Positions 1-12,088 of a stretch of DNA of 64,000 nucleotides are shown in pieces. Origin of the DNA: the human T2T-CHM13v2.0 reference genome, Homo sapiens. Both the position numbers and the translations under genes were made by a program. The stretch is from assembly GCF_009914755.1 (NCBI RefSeq), contig NC_060947.1; one strand, 5' to 3'. Under the pieces are notes generated by a model that was not told the DNA's origin, searched no databases, and worked only from the letters and a program-made list of their open reading frames with translations. Positions within the stretch are counted from its first letter, which is position 1; each line of letters begins with the position of its first letter.

Positions 1-3000
1 TTTGCTTAGTTTTGCATTGGCTGTGTGGGCTTTTGTTTGTTTGTTTGTTCCATATAAATTTTAGGATTTATTTCTAGTTCTGTGAAGAAAGATGGTGGAA
101 TTTTGATGGAAATTGCACTGAATTTGTAGATTGCTTTTGGCAGTGTCGTTATTTTCATAATATTGATTCTACCCATTTATGAGCATGGGATGTGTTTCTA
201 TTTGTTTGTGTCATCTATGATTTCTTTCAGCAGTGTTCTGTAGTTTTCCTTGTAGAGGTCTTTCACCTCCTTAGTTAAGTATATTTCTAAGTTTTTGTTT
301 GTTGTTTGTTTGCAGCTATTGTAAAAGGGCTTGAGTTCTTGATTTGATTCTCAGCTTAGGCAATGTTGGTGTATAGCAATGCTACTAATTTGTCTACTTT
401 AATTTTGTATCCAGAAACTTTTTTGAATTTATTTATCAGTTCTAGATGATTTTTGGATGAGTCTTTAGGGTTTTCTAGGCATATAATCAAGTCATCAGCA
501 AACAGTGACAATTTGACTTCCTCTTTTTCAATTTGGATGCCCTTTATTTCTTGCTTTTGTCTGATTGCTCTAGCTAGGACTTCCAGTACTATGTTGAATA
601 GAAGTGGTGACAGTGGGCTTTCTCATTTTTTTCCAGTTCTCAGAGGGAATGCTTTCAACTTTTCCCCATTTAGTACTATGTTGGCTGTGGGTTTGTCATA
701 GATGGCTTTATTACCTTAAGTTATGTCCCTTCTATACGTGATTTTGCTGTGGGCTTTAATCGTAAAGAACTGCTGGATTTTGTCAAATGCTTTTTCAGCA
801 TCTATTGAGCTGATCATGTGATTTTTGTTTTTAATTCAGTTTATGTGTTCTATCACATTTATTGATTTGTGGATGTTGAACCATTTCTGCATCTCTGATA
901 TGAAACCCACTTGATCATGGTGAATTATTTGTTTGATATGCTGTTGAATTCTGTTAGCTAGTATTTTATTAAAGATTTTTGCATCTATATTTATCAGGGT
1001 TACTGGACTCTAGCATTCTTTTTTTTGTTATGTCCTTTCCTGGTGTGGGTATTAGAGTGATACTGGCTTTATAGAATGATTTAGGGGGAATTCCTTTTTC
1101 TCTATCTTGTAGAATAGTGTCAATAGGATTGGTACCAATTCCTCATTAAATATCTGGTAGGATTTAGCTGTGAATCCATCTGGTCCTAAACTTTTTTGTT
1201 GTTGGAATTCTTTTATTACCATTTCAATCCTGTTGCTTTTTATTTGCCTGTTCAGAGTTTATATTTCTTCCTGTTTTAATCTAGGAGGGTTGTATATTTC
1301 CAAGAGTTTATCCATCTCTTCCAGATTTTCTAGTTTATGCACATAACAATGTTCACAGTAGCCCTGAATGATCTTTTTTTTATTTTTGTGGAATTGGTTG
1401 TAATATCTCCTGTTTCTTTTTTAAATGAGCCTATTTGGCTCTTTTCTTTCCTTTTCTTGGTAAATCTCACTAAAGGTTTATCAATTTTCATTATTTTTTC
1501 ATAGAAGCAGCATTTTTTTTCATTTATCTATTGTATTTTTGTTGCAATTTCACTTAGCTCTGCTCTAATCTTGGTTATTTCTTTTCTTATGCTGGATTTG
1601 GGTTTGGAATGTTCTTGTTTTTCTGGTTCCTTGAGGTATGACCTTATATTGTCTATTTGTGCTCTTTCAGACTGTTTCATGTAGGCATTTATGGCTATGA
1701 ACTTTTCACTTAGCACCACCTTTTCTGTATCCCAGAGGTTTTGATAGGTTTTGGCACTATTATCATTCACTTCAAAGAATTTTTAAATTTCCGTCTTGAT
1801 TTCATTGTTGACTCAATGATCATTCAGGAGCAGGTTATTTAATTTCCACATATTTGCATGGTTTTGAGGGTTCCTTTTGAAGATGATTTCCAATTTTATT
1901 CCACTGTGATCTGAGAAAGTACTTGCTATAATTTCGAATTTTTAATTTTATTGTCTTGTCTTGTGGCCTACAATATGGTCTATTTTGGAGAATGTTCCAT
2001 GTGCTGATGAATAGAATGTATATTCAACAATTGATGAATAGAATGTTTTGTAAAAATCTGATAAGTCCATTTGTTCTAGGATATAGTTTAAGTCTGTTGT
2101 TTCTTTGTTGACTTTCTGTCTTGATGACCTGTCTAGTGCTGTCAGTGTAGTATTGAAGTTCCCCTCTATTATTGTGTTGTTGTCTATCTCATTTCTTAGG
2201 TCCACTAGTAATTGTTTTATAAATTTGGGAATTCCAATGTTAGGTGCATATATATTTATGATCATGATATTTTCCTTTTGGACTAGTCTTTTTATCATTA
2301 TATAATGTCCCTCTTTGTCTTTTTTAACTGCTGTTACTTTATAGTTTGTTTTGTCTGATGTAAGAATAGTTACACCTGCTCACTTTTTGTGTCCCCTTGC
2401 ATGGAATATCTTTTTCCACTCTTTTACCTTACATTTATGTGAGTCTTTATGTGTTAGTTGAGTCTCTTGAAGACTGTGGATACTTGGTTAGGAAATTCTT
2501 ATCCATTCTGCCACTCTGTATCTTTTAAGTGAAGCATTTAGGCCATTTACATTCAATGTTAGTATTGAGATGTGGGGTACTGTTTTATTCATTGTGCTAT
2601 TGGTTACCTGAATACCTTGGGTTTTTTAAAATTTATTGTGTTATTGTTCTATAGGTCCTGTGAGATATATCCTTTGAGGAGGTTCTATTTTGTTATATTT
2701 TGATAATTTCTTTCAAGATTTAGACCTCCTTTAGCAATCCTTGTGGTGCTGGCTTTGTAGTGACAAATACTCCTAGCATTTGTTTGTCTGGGAAAGACTG
2801 TATCTTTCCTTCATTTATAATGCTTAGTTTTGCTGGATACAAAATTCTTGGCTGATAATTGTTTTGCTTAAGAATGCTAAAGATAGGGCCCCAATCCTTC
2901 TAGCTTGTAGGATTTCTGCTGAAATTCTGCTGTTAATGTGACAGATTTTTCTTTATAGGTGACCTGATGCTTTTGCCTCACAGCTCTTAAGATTCTTTCC

Positions 3001-5103
3001 TTTGTCTTTATTTTAGATAACCTGATGACAATGTGCCTAGGTGATGACTTTTTGCAATTAATGTTTCATGTGTTCTTTGAGCTTCTTGTATGTGGATGTC
3101 TAGATCTCTAGCAAGTCCAGAGAAGTTTTCATTATTATTTCCTCAAATATGTTTTCCAAACTTTTAGATTTCTCTTCTTTCTTGAGAACATCAATTATTC
3201 TTAGGTTTGGCCATTTAACATACTCCCCAATTTTTGGAGGCTTTATTCATTTTTTGATTCTTTTTACTTTGTCTTTGTTAGATTGCGTTAATTCAAAAAT
3301 CTTGTCTTCGAGCTCTTCAGTTCTTTCTTTAGCTTGTTCAATTCTACTGCTGAGACTTTTCTGTGTATTTTCCATTTCTCAAAGTGTGTCCTTCCATTCC
3401 AGAAGCTGTCATTGTTTTTTATTTATGCTATCTATTTCACTGCAGATTTTTCCCTTCATATCTTGTATCATTTTAAAAATTTCATTAAATTGTGCCTCAC
3501 CTCTCTCTGATGCCTCCTTGATTACATTAATTATTGATCTTCTGAAATTTTTTGACAATTCAGAGATGTTTTTTCTTGGTTTGGGTCTATTTCTGGTGAG
3601 CTAGTGTGATCTTTTGGGGGTGTTAAAGAACCTTGTTTTGTCATATTACTATTTTCTGGTTCCTTCTCATTTGGGTAGACTATGTCAGGGAGATGTGTCT
3701 CAAGAGCTGCTGTTCACATTCTTTTGTCCCATGGGGTGCTCCCTTGATGTAGTGCTCTCCCCATTCCCCTAGTGATGTGGCTTCTTGAGAGCCAAACTGC
3801 AGTGACTGTTTTTTCTTTTCTGAATCTAGCCATCCAGCAGAGCTACAGGGCTCTGGGCTGGTACTGGGGAGTATCTGCACAGAGTCCTGTGATGTGAACT
3901 GTCTTCAGGTCTCTCACCTGTGGATATCAGTTCCTGCTCTGGTGGAGGTGGTTGTGAAATGGACTCTGTGAGGGTCCTTAGTTGTAGTTTTGTTTATTGC
4001 ACTAGTTTTGTGTTGGTTGACCTCCAGCCAGGAGGTGGTGCTTTCAAGAGAGCATCAGCTGGGTTAGTATAAGGAGGATCAGGTGGTGGATAGGCTCTAG
4101 AGCTCCCAAGAGATTATGTCTTTTGCCTTCAGCTATCAGGGCTGGTAGAGAAAGACCAACAGATGGGGACAGGGTTAGGTGTGTCTGAGCTCAGACTCTC
4201 CTTGGGTGGGGTTTCCTGCAGCTGCTGTGTGGGATGGGGGTGTGGATGTCAGCCCAATGGAGTTATGTTTCCAAGGGGATTATGGCTGCTTCTGTTGAAT
4301 CATGCAAGTTGCCAGGGAAGTGGAGAAAACTCAACAGTTACAGGCCTCACCCAGCTCCCATGCAGCCCAAGAGGCCAGTCTCACTCCCCATGCCTCCCCC
4401 CAACAGCATCGAATTTATCCCCAGGCAACCATTGACCAGAGCTGAGAACTTGCCTCAGGCTACCAGCCTCCCAGCTGAGGAAGCAAGAAGAACTTTCAGG
4501 TTTTGTGCCTTCCCAACTGCCATCGCTTCTGTGCTGCATCTGAATGTCTGATTCACCCCCTCCCCTGGTTTCTACCCAGGAAACTTTACATTCAGTTGAA
4601 ATTGCTACGAAGTTCAGTTGGAAGTTTTCTTTTTCCAGTGGTCTTTTCCCAGTTCCTCTGGCAGCCCTCCACAAGGACCTCTGTGAGTCAAAGTCGGAAA
4701 TGGCTTCCCTGGGGACTTAGAGAGCCCACAGGACTCTTCTTGTTGCTTCCTCTCCCCTTGCATTTTGCTCAGCTCTCTAAACTTGTCTAAGCTCCAGGTC
4801 AGGATAAATTATTCTCCCGTGATCTGGAACTTCAGGTTTCTAGTGAGGATGTGTGTTCAAGGGTGGACAATCCCCCTTTCACTCTTTCACACTTTGGGCA
4901 CTCACAGATTTCTGGCTGTCTTGCAGTGCCTGCAGGAGCAATCTGCTTTCTTCAAAGGGTTTGTGGATTCTCTCAGCTTTCCTGGTATGTTCCTGTGGGA
5001 GTTCTTGGAGAAAAAATTTACAATTTGCATCTCCACATGCTCTTCTCTCTGTCCAAGGGGGAGCTGCAAGTTAGTCCTGCCTTCTAACCACCATTTTCCA
5101 ACT
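1..5103 (-). mobile_element. LINE-1, L1PB-like (L1PBa-type 5'UTR, degenerate ORF1 and 5' part of ORF2); 3' part lies left of the window
   Basis: Minus-strand ORF2 EN/linker remnants (ORFs 1948..2298 INIYAPNIG..GNFNTTL and 1528..1770 YQNLWDT). ORF1 remnant ~2700-3600. The 5' terminus reads GGAAAATGGTGGTTAGAAGGCAGGACTAACTTGCAGCTCCC on the minus strand (~5060-5100), like the L1PBa start. Many stops and frameshifts. Confidence 0.85.
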
Positions 5104-8100
5104 CCACATGAATTTTAATATAGTATTTTTCTAATTAAGTGAAGAATGTCATTGGTAGTTTAATAGGAATAGCACTTAATCTGTGAATTACTTTAGCAGT
5201 ATGGCCATTTTAACAATATTGATTCTTTCTATTCATGAGCATGGAATGCTTTTCTATTTGTTTGTGTCCTCTCTGATTTCTTTGTGCAGTGTTTTTTAAT
5301 TCTCACTGTAGAGATATTTTACCTCCCTCTTTAGCTGTATTGCTAAGTATTGTGTTCTTTTTGTGGCAATTGTGAATAGAATAGAATTGCATTCCTGATT
5401 TGGATCTTGGCCTGGATGTTTTTGGTGACTAGAAATGCTACTGACATTGATTTTATATCCTGAGACTTTGCTGAAGTTCTTTATCAACTCAAGGAGTTTT
5501 TTAGGCAGAAAATCTGTTTTTTTTTTAAGATATAGAATCATGCCACCTGCACATGGGGATAGTTTGACTTCTCTTACTATTTGAATGCTTTTTATTTCTT
5601 TCTTTTGCTTGTTTGCTCTAGCCATGACTTCCAATACTATGTTGAATAAGAGTTTTGAGGGCATTTTTGTCTTAAGCCAGTTTTTACTGGAAATACTTCC
5701 AGCTTTTGCCAATTCAGTATGATGTTGTCTGTGGGCTTATAAAAAATGGCTCTTACTATTTGAAGTATGTTCCTTTAATACCCAGTTTATTTAGTGTTTT
5801 TAACATAAAGAAATGTTGAATTTTATCAAAAGTCTTTTCTGCATGTATTGAGATTATCATATGGTTTTTGTCCTTAGTTCTGTTTATGTGATGAATCACA
5901 TTTAATAATTTGCATATGCTGTCATGGTGGATTAGCATTTCAATGTGCTGCTGGATTTGGTTAGCTAGTATTTTGTTGAGAATTTTTTATCTGTATTTAT
6001 CAAGGATATTGGCCTGGGGTTTTGTGTGTGTGTGTGTGGGTGTGCACACATTAGATTTTGGTATCAGAATGATGCTGGCTTCAGAAATTGGGCTAGGGAG
6101 GAGTCCCTCCTCCTTAATGTTTTGAAATAGTTTTAGTAGAAAAGCTAGTACCATCTCCTTTTTATACATCTGGTAGAAATTGGCATTAATCTGACTGGTC
6201 CTGGGCTTATTTTGATTGGTAGAATTTTTATTATTGATTCAATTTCAAAAATCATTATTGGTCTGTTCTGGAATTCAATTTTGTTCCTGGTTCAGTCTTG
6301 GGAGGTTGTATGTGTCTAGGAAATTATCCATTTTCTCTGGACTTTCCAGTTTGTGAGCACAGAGGTGTTCATAGTAGTCTCAGGGTTTTTTGTACTTCTG
6401 TAGGGTCAGTGGTAACAATCCCTTTGTAATTTCTACTTGTGTTTATTTGGATCTTCTCTCCTTTTATCAGTCTAGCTAGTGGTGTTTCTATCTTATTAAT
6501 TTTTTCAATGAACCAATTCCTGGATTCACTGATTTTTTAATGCTTTCTTGTGTCCAGTTTTTTCAGTTCAGCTCTGATTTTATAATTTCTTGTCTTCTGA
6601 TAGCTTTGCGGTTGGTTTCCTCTTTCTTCTCTAGTTCTTCTAGTTGTGATGGGAGGTTGTTAATCTGAGATCTTTCTAACTTTTTCACGTTGGCATTTAG
6701 TCTTAACACTGACTTAGCTATGTCTCACAGATTCTGGTATTTCACATCTTTGTTTGCATTCGTTTCAAGGGATTTCTTGATTTCTGCCTTAATTTTATTT
6801 TCATATACCCAAATGTCATTCAGGAGCAGGTTGTTTAATTTCCATGTAATTGTATGATTTGAAGTGTTTTTTTTAGTATTGATTTCTTTGTTGATTGTGC
6901 TGTGGTTTGAGTTTGGTTGGTATGTTTTCAGGGATCTTTTTTTGTAATTTGCTGAGTATCATTTTATGTCTGACTCCGTGGTCAATTTTAGAGTATGTGT
7001 CATGTGGTAACGATAGGAACGTATGTTCTGTCTTTTTGGCTGGAGACTTCTGTAGGTATAAATTAAGTCTATTTAGTAAAGTACTGAGTTCAGGTCTTAA
7101 ATATCTTTGTTAATTTTCTGCATTCATGATCTCTCTAATACTGTTAGCAGAATGTTGAAATTTCCCATTATTATTTTATGGTTATCTAAGCCTCTTCATA
7201 GGTCTCTAAGAACTTGTTTTATGAATCTGGGTGCTTCTGTGTTGGATGTATGCATATTTAGGGTAGTTAGGTCTTCTTGTTAAATTGAACCCTTTGCCAT
7301 TTTATAATGCCCTTCTATATATTTTTAAATCTTTGTTGGTTTAAAGTCCATTTTGTCTGAAATTAGGATGGCAACCTTATTTCTTTTTTCTGTTTTTTAT
7401 TTGCTTGGTAGACTTTTCTCCAATCCCTTATTCTGAGCCTATTGATGTCATAGCATGTGAAATGGGTCTGTTGGAGACAGCATATCATTGAGTCTTGCTT
7501 CTGTATTCAGCTTGCCACTCTCTGCCTTTTAAGTGGGGTATTTAGCCCATTTACATTCAAGGTTGGTATTGATATGTGCAAATTTTGTCCTGTCATTGCA
7601 TTGTTTGCTGGCTATTATGCAGATATTTTTGTGGTTGCTTAACAGTGTCACTGGTCTGTGTACTTAAGAGTGTTTTCATAGTGGCTTATATGGGTTTTTC
7701 TTTCCATATTTAGTGATCCTCTCAGGACTTCTTGTAAGGCAGTTCTGGTGGCAATGTACTCCCTCAGCATTTTCCGTCTAAAAAGGTTTGTATTTCTTCT
7801 TCAATTATGAAGATTCATTTTGCTGAATATAAAATTCTTATATGGAGATTTTTTCTTTAAGAATACTGAATATAGGGACCTGATCTCTTCTGGCTTTTGG
7901 GATTTCTGCTGGAAAGGACTGCTGTTAGCCTAATAGGATTCCCTTTTTAGATAACCTGCTCCTTCTCTCTACCTGCCTTTAAGATTTTTAATTTCATTTT
8001 GACCTTGAAGAACCTGCTGATTATGTGTCTTGGGGATGGTCTTCTTGTATAATATCTCACAAGACTTCTCTGCATTCCCTGAATTTGGATGTTGGCTTCT

Positions 8101-8242
8101 CCAGTAAGGTTGAGGGAGTTTTCCCAGGTGACATCTTGAAATATGTTTTCTAGGTTTCTTGCTTTCTCCCTGTCTTTTTCAGGATTGCCAATGAGTTGTA
8201 GATTTGGTCTCTTTACATAATATATTTCTCAGAGGTTTTTGT

Positions 8243-8548
8243 GGTTGTTGTTGTTGTTGTTGTTTCGAGACAAGGTCTCATGCTGTCATCCAAGCTAGAG
8301 TGCAGTGGCATGATCTCAGCTAACTGCAGCTTCCACCTCCTGGGCTCAAGTGATTCTCCTGCCTCAGCCTCCTGAGTAGCTGGGACTACAGACATGCACT
8401 ACCACACCTGGTTAATTTTTGTATTTTTAGTAGAGATGGGGTTTCACCATGTTGACCAGACTGGTCTCAAACTCCTGACCTCAAGTGATCTGCCTGCTTC
8501 ATCCTTCCAAAGTGCTAGGATTACAAGCATGTGCCACTGTGCCTGGCC
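8243..8548 (-). mobile_element. Alu (AluJb/AluS-like) with (TTG)n-converted tail
   Basis: Both arms are recognisable (GAGACAAGGTCTC...TAATTTTTGTATTTTTAGTAGAGA...GCCTGGCC). Tail is (TTG)n at ~8245-8262. Confidence 0.95.
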
Positions 8549-9599
8549 TCATTCTTTTTTCTTTATTTTTGTCTGAGTAAGTTATTTCAGAGAGCTACTC
8601 TTCAAGCTCTGAGATTGTTTCCTCAGCTTAGTCTATGCTGCTGTTAATACTTGCAATTGCATTATGCAATACTTGTAGTGTATTTTTCAGTTCTATCAGA
8701 TCAGCTTGGTTATTTTTATAATGGTTATTTTGTTTATCAGCTCCTGTACCATTTTATTCTGATGCTTAGCTTCATCGTATTGGGTTTTCATGTTCTCCTG
8801 AATCTTGATGATCTTCTTTTCTATTTATATTCTGAATTCAATGTCTTTTTTCAGCCATTTTAGCCTGGTTAAGAACCATTGCTGGGGAACTAGTGTGGTT
8901 GTTTGGAGAAAAGAAGGCACTCTGGCTTTTTTAGTTGCCAGAGTCCTGGCACTTTTTTTACCTGTGTAGGCTGGTGTCCTTTTAACTGCAGTGCAAACAG
9001 AGCACAATCAGACTTCTTTTCTAAATGTTTTCAGAGGGCAGAGGCTTTGTTCAGAGTGTTTACTTGTAGCTGAATACTTGTCCTTGTTTTTACATGATGG
9101 TATATTAGCAAAGTATTTTTTGTGTTGATGTTCTGGGCTGTGCTCAAGTAGGTGGTGCTTAGACTTAGTAGTTAGGCTTTTTCTCAGTCTTTTGGGTCCT
9201 AGGTATTTTTTTCACAATTGTAGCCACGCTTTCTGTCAGTGATCTGAAAGTGTGGGCTCCTCTTCCACACTGCAGGTCTTGTCTTGGCATGCCTGGGCTA
9301 CACACCACAGCTCTGGGGCAAAATCAGTTTCTATATTCCCTTCCCTGCTTGGGAGTAACAGGAGAAGGAAATTTGGCAGTGGTTTGGGCAGAGGATCTTT
9401 CACTTGTTTCTTGTGACTCTGCCCCAGAAAGATGTAGAGCTGCTATTAATCAGTGTGATTAGCTCTGAATGGGACAGCTGTGCAATGTACCCAAGCAGGG
9501 TTGGGGGGCTGCCTGGCAGCAATAGCGGGGAGGTGGATGGGTCCTGGATAAAATAGACTTGTTGTTTCTTCTTAGGGCAACTGCAGTTTGCTGGAATTG

Positions 9600-11420
9600 T
9601 GGATAACGCACTCAACGTCTTTGTTCCTTCTTCAGTCCGAGAGTGGCAAGGACAGTACCACTGCAGTGGCAGTGGCAGAGGGCTTTCAGTTATCTCTGGT
9701 AGCTCCATCTTAGAGAAAAACAGAGACACTGCTACTGGAAATGTGCAGCCACCGAGTGGAGCAGATTCTCTGGTGGCCCAAGCTGGGGGTTCCACTTGTT
9801 GAAGAGCAGAGAGCTGAAGGCTCACAAGGATAAGAGATTGGGTTCTTTTCCATATGATAACTATGGTGTGCTATAAACTTGGGTGAAAGCCTCAGGCTGC
9901 TTGTTTCTTTCCCAGACCAAAGTCGGCAGGAGCAGAACTTTGGTTATGGCAGTGGTTGGTGGGAGTGGGGGGCGTTGTCAGTTGCCTCTGGGATCCCCAC
10001 ATCAGGGAAACATAGAGCCACTACCAGTGGGTATGCTCAGTAAGAAGTGAGGTGACTGTTCTGTGGTCCCAAGCTGGGGACCCTGTCTGGTGAAGGGTGG
10101 GGTGTAGAGGCTCACAGGGAGGAGAGACTGGACCCCTCTCTATGTATTGTCTGTGTTATGCTGGAGGTGCCAGCATAGAAGCCAGCCCCTTTGTTCCTTT
10201 CCCTACCCAAAGGTGGTTAGGGTGGTACTACTGTAGCTGCAATGGCAGATGGGTTGTGGGTTTTCCCTGGAATTTCTTCCTCATAGAAATGCAGAGCTGC
10301 CTTCTGACTGAAGTGTTCAGGTGGAGGCAGGGTAGTTGTCTGGAATCCTAGGTTGGGAGGGCCCACCCAATGGAGAGAAGCAGGGACAGGGACCAATGTG
10401 GAGAGCAGTCTGGTCACTTTTCTGTGGGATGGCTGCCCTGTGCAGGGGACCATACTATTCCTTAATCACAGTGTACTCTTCAGAGCCTGAAGGCTATAGC
10501 AACAGGGGCTGTGAGACAGCAAAATGGTGGCCAGCCTCTCCCTCTGGGAGCTCTGTCCCAGTGAAGTGCAAAGTGGCTACTGGTCCAAGAGCCCCAGTGG
10601 GGTGTGGCTGGAGTTTTCTGTCAGGCAGTCCCACCCTGTGAGGAGAATTGGAACCAGGGACCCATATAAGATACAGTCTGGACACTTTTCCATAGATTAG
10701 CTGCACTATACAGGAGATCTGCACCACTCTTTACCGCTAGAGCCGGAAGGCCATAGCGCCAGGGGCAGTAAGACAGTAAAAAATGGTAGCTGGCCTCTCT
10801 TTCTGGGAGCTCCAATCCAGGGAAGTACGATGTTACTACCAGCCTGAGAGCCCCAGCGGGAAGCAGCTGGGGTCTCAGTTTGGAGGGTCCCACCCAGTGA
10901 GGAGGAGTGGGATCAAGGACCCAATAGAAAACAGTCTGGCCACTTTTCCGTGGGATGGCTATGCTGTGCAAGGGCTCCACACCACTCCCTAAACACTGCT
11001 TGCTTTCCAGAGCATGAAGGCTATAGCAGTAAAAGCTGTAATACAGCAAAAATGGCAGCCATTCTCTCTCTCTCTCTGGGATCTCCATCCCAAGGAAGTG
11101 CAGAGCTGCTACTGGCCCAAAAGCCCCAGTGGGTGGTAGCTGGAGTACCAGGTCATGGAGTCTCACCCCATGTGGAGAAGTGGGACCAGGGAGCTGCATA
11201 AAAAATAGTCCAGCTACTTTTCCATAAGACGGTTTTGCTGTGCTGGAGATTTGAGTCACTCTGTAATTACCACTAGAGCCTGAAGGCTACAGCAGAAGGG
11301 AGTGCTAGACATCTTCTCATTCTGGGAACTCCATTCTAGGGAAGGGTAGAGTTCCTACTGGCCTGAGAGACTAGATGGTGAGTGGTTAGAGACCCAGAGG
11401 CCAGTAAGTCTTATTATATA
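9600..11420 (-). repeat. Tandem ~260-290 bp monomers inside the old L1 5'UTR
   Basis: Motif AGAGCCTGAAGGCTATAGC and variants at 10482, ~10739, 11009 and 11275. A second, more diverged unit (GGCAGTGG..GGG..TCAGTT..CTCTGG) lies near 9665, 9950 and 10240. Confidence 0.75.
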
Positions 11421-12088
11421 AGATGCAGAGGAAGCAAAGCCTGCAGTCTGTTGCTTCTCAGCCCCCTGGATTTGGCCCTTTTTGGGGGGACATGCGAGAG
11501 ATCCTGACTTTCCCTGCTGCAAGAGCTGCAGCTGCTAATGCCAGGCTACCCAGGGATTCAAGGCTCCTGGGAATCTGTGTGCCTGAGTGGCAACTCTGCC
11601 CAGACACCATGTAGCTCTCTGTGTCAGTCTGAATGCCCTGGTGTCATGGACTCACAGGGGGATTACTTGACACCAGGGTTGGAAAAGTTCATGGCAGAAG
11701 TGTGGGTTCCCAGGGACTCTTACTCACTCACTATTTCTCCATAGTGAAGAAGCCTCTCCTGGCTCTATGTTATTCTCTGGCGGGCAGTCATTCTGTCTCT
11801 CACTCCTTTTCATTCTCCATGGGTCAAGTTGTTTCCTAGATGAATCCCAATGTGTTCACCTGGATGTTCCAGTTGAAGATCTAGTAATTACTCACCACTC
11901 TTTCTTCTCTCCATGAGAGTGGTTCACACTAGCTTTTAGTCAGCTATCCTGCTCCCTTCCCCTGCACATTTATTAACAACTCAACTGAAACACCTACAAG
12001 ACCTCTGGAATGGCAATAGGAGATCACCAGACACTCTCCTTTGTGAAAAATCTATTGAACTGGTGAAAATTTAAAAATAAACAATCAA

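Larger units (their letters stand above)
5104..11962 (-). mobile_element. LINE-1, L1PA13/14-like: long 5'UTR with tandem monomers, ORF1 and ORF2 up to the RT domain; interrupted by an Alu and by the L1PB at its left end
   Basis: RT remnants in ORFs 5296..5712 and 5756..5938. ORF1 remnant ~7700-8900. 5' terminus GGAGCAGGATAGCTGACTAAAAGCTAGTGTGAACC (minus, ~11920-11956). Confidence 0.8.

Noticed and set aside
8230-8560. Alu without a visible TSD as an endonuclease-independent insertion
   Set aside because: The tail has turned into (TTG)n and the element is old, so loss of the tail-side TSD by decay is simpler.
10621-11259. 212-aa minus-strand ORF with internal repeats
   Set aside because: It is a translation of the GC-richer L1 5'UTR monomers, starts at a non-ATG codon, and has no recognisable domain.
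9600-11420. Periodic repeats as a CRISPR-like array
   Set aside because: Whole ~260-bp units repeat with no unique spacers, there are no cas genes, and the context is a primate L1.
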